From Mycobacteriales bacterium (GTDB lineage Bacteria; Actinomycetota; Actinomycetes; Mycobacteriales; CADCTP01): a stretch of DNA of 39,099 bases. The position numbers were made by a program, and so were the translations under genes. Shown in pieces: positions 38,379 to 39,099 of the stretch (positions are counted from its first letter, which is position 1; each line of letters begins with the position of its first letter). The notes beneath the pieces were generated by a model. That model searched no databases. It was not told where the DNA came from and worked only from the letters and a program-made list of their open reading frames with translations. The stretch spans positions 1 through 39,099 of the forward strand of contig DATINN010000160.1 in the NCBI GenBank assembly GCA_035474175.1, in the 5' to 3' direction.

Positions 38379-39099
38379 ATGAGAATGCTGTTCAGGAGTC
38401 GTCTGCTCGCGGCCGGCGTGGTGCTGGCCTTCTGCGGGCTGTTGGTGGTTCCGGCGGGCGCGTCGGCGTCCGGCGCGCTCGGCCGGGTGGTCAGCGCCAA
38501 CCCGGCCAACTACACGCCTGACGTGCGCAACGGCGCCGTCTACAAGGTGGCCGAGTATCGCGGGGTCATGTACGCGGGTGGGTCGTTCACGGCGGTGTCG
38601 GCGGCCGGCAGCGCGCGGACGGTCGCCCGCTCGCGCCTCGTCGCCTTCAACGCCGCGAACGGTGCGATCACGTCATTCGCGCCGCGAATCAACGGCACGG
38701 TGTGGGCTCTCGCCGCTTATGGCGGCTCGGTGTACGTCGGTGGGTCATTCACCACCGTGAATGGCGTCCGGCGTCCCGGACTGGTGAAACTGAATTCGGT
38801 CACCGGCGCCGTGGATCCGCGCTTCAACGCGAAACTCTCCGGCGCGGTCACGGACCTGGCCGTCGTGAACGGCCGGCTCGTCGCCAGCGGCACCTTCGGG
38901 GCACGGCTCGCGGCGCTGCGGCTGGCCACCGGGGCCAACACCGGCTACCTCAACCTGGCCGTGCGCGGGTCGGTCGCCCGCAACGCCGGGCCGACCCAGG
39001 TCTACCGGTTCGCGGTCAACCGGGCCGGCACCCGGCTGGTCGGCGTCGGCAACTTCACCAGCGTCGGCGGGAAGGCGCGCTACCGGGCCTTCATGCTCA
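38379..39099 (+). CDS. Secreted beta-propeller protein, paralog 3 (N-terminal 240 aa only; runs off the window)
   Basis: Absent from the ORF track because there is no stop in the window. ATG 38379 (or 38385) follows GGGGGAAT. Hand translation: MRMLFRSRLLAAGVVLAFCGLLVVPAGASASG (signal), then VMYAGGSFTAVSAAGSARTVARSRLVAFNAANGAITSFAPRINGTVWAL / VYVGGSFTTVNGVRRPGLVKLNSVTGAVDPRF / LVASGTF... These are the same repeats as in paralogs 1 and 2, and no stop occurs to the window end. Confidence 0.8.
   Translation, partial: MRMLFRSRLLAAGVVLAFCGLLVVPAGASASGALGRVVSANPANYTPDVRNGAVYKVAEYRGVMYAGGSFTAVSAAGSARTVARSRLVAFNAANGAITSFAPRINGTVWALAAYGGSVYVGGSFTTVNGVRRPGLVKLNSVTGAVDPRFNAKLSGAVTDLAVVNGRLVASGTFGARLAALRLATGANTGYLNLAVRGSVARNAGPTQVYRFAVNRAGTRLVGVGNFTSVGGKARYRAFML

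Noticed and set aside
1-39099. Genomic island, mobile element or defence system in the window.
   Set aside because: I saw no integrase, transposase, tRNA target, direct-repeat borders, toxin-antitoxin-like pairs, or nuclease/helicase/ATPase modules typical of defence systems. GC content and codon usage look uniform across the genes.

Overview
This is very high-GC DNA (roughly 70-75 % by eye, GC3-rich codons), typical of a filamentous actinomycete; a Micromonosporaceae/Actinoplanes-like source is only a guess. I saw no rRNA, tRNA, CRISPR, IS or phage genes. Nearly the whole window is one large cell-surface glycan locus, split into two parts by a housekeeping ppc gene.

**Left arm (minus strand, translationally coupled):** hypothetical protein, TagA/WecG-type GT26, WecC-like dehydrogenase, WecB epimerase and Wzx flippase. 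A secreted DUF4082/beta-helix gene follows and runs off the left edge.

**Right arm:**
- Plus strand: a priming polyprenyl-phosphate sugar-phosphate transferase followed by cysQ-cysD-cysN, then a secreted DNRLRE + GH26-like hydrolase.
- Minus-strand operon: Wzx2, membrane-anchored GH26, Alg14-like, Alg13-like::sulfotransferase fusion, GT2.
- Minus-strand operon: Wzc-like, DUF3048 lipoprotein, Wzy-like, APH/kinase-like, heparan-sulfate-type sulfotransferase.
- Plus strand: a GT14 (Branch) glycosyltransferase.
- Three paralogous giant secreted beta-propeller/PKD proteins; the second carries a malectin-like insert and the third runs off the right edge.

**Most interesting reading:** a previously undescribed, self-contained pathway for a sulfated (possibly also phosphorylated), uronic-acid-containing Wzx/Wzy-dependent polysaccharide. 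It has its own sulfate-activation and PAP-recycling genes, two unrelated sulfotransferases (one fused to half of a split glycosyltransferase) and an animal-GAG-like enzyme flavour (GT14 plus an HS-type sulfotransferase).

**Limits:**
- All family calls come from motif recognition by eye; no HMM or BLAST search could be run.
- The supplied ORF track uses the first ATG/GTG/TTG after a stop and lists only ORFs closed inside the window. Many track ORFs therefore carry spurious N-terminal extensions, which I re-trimmed.
- For the same reason the two edge genes (1..1230 minus, 38379..39099 plus) are missing from the track; I added them by hand translation.
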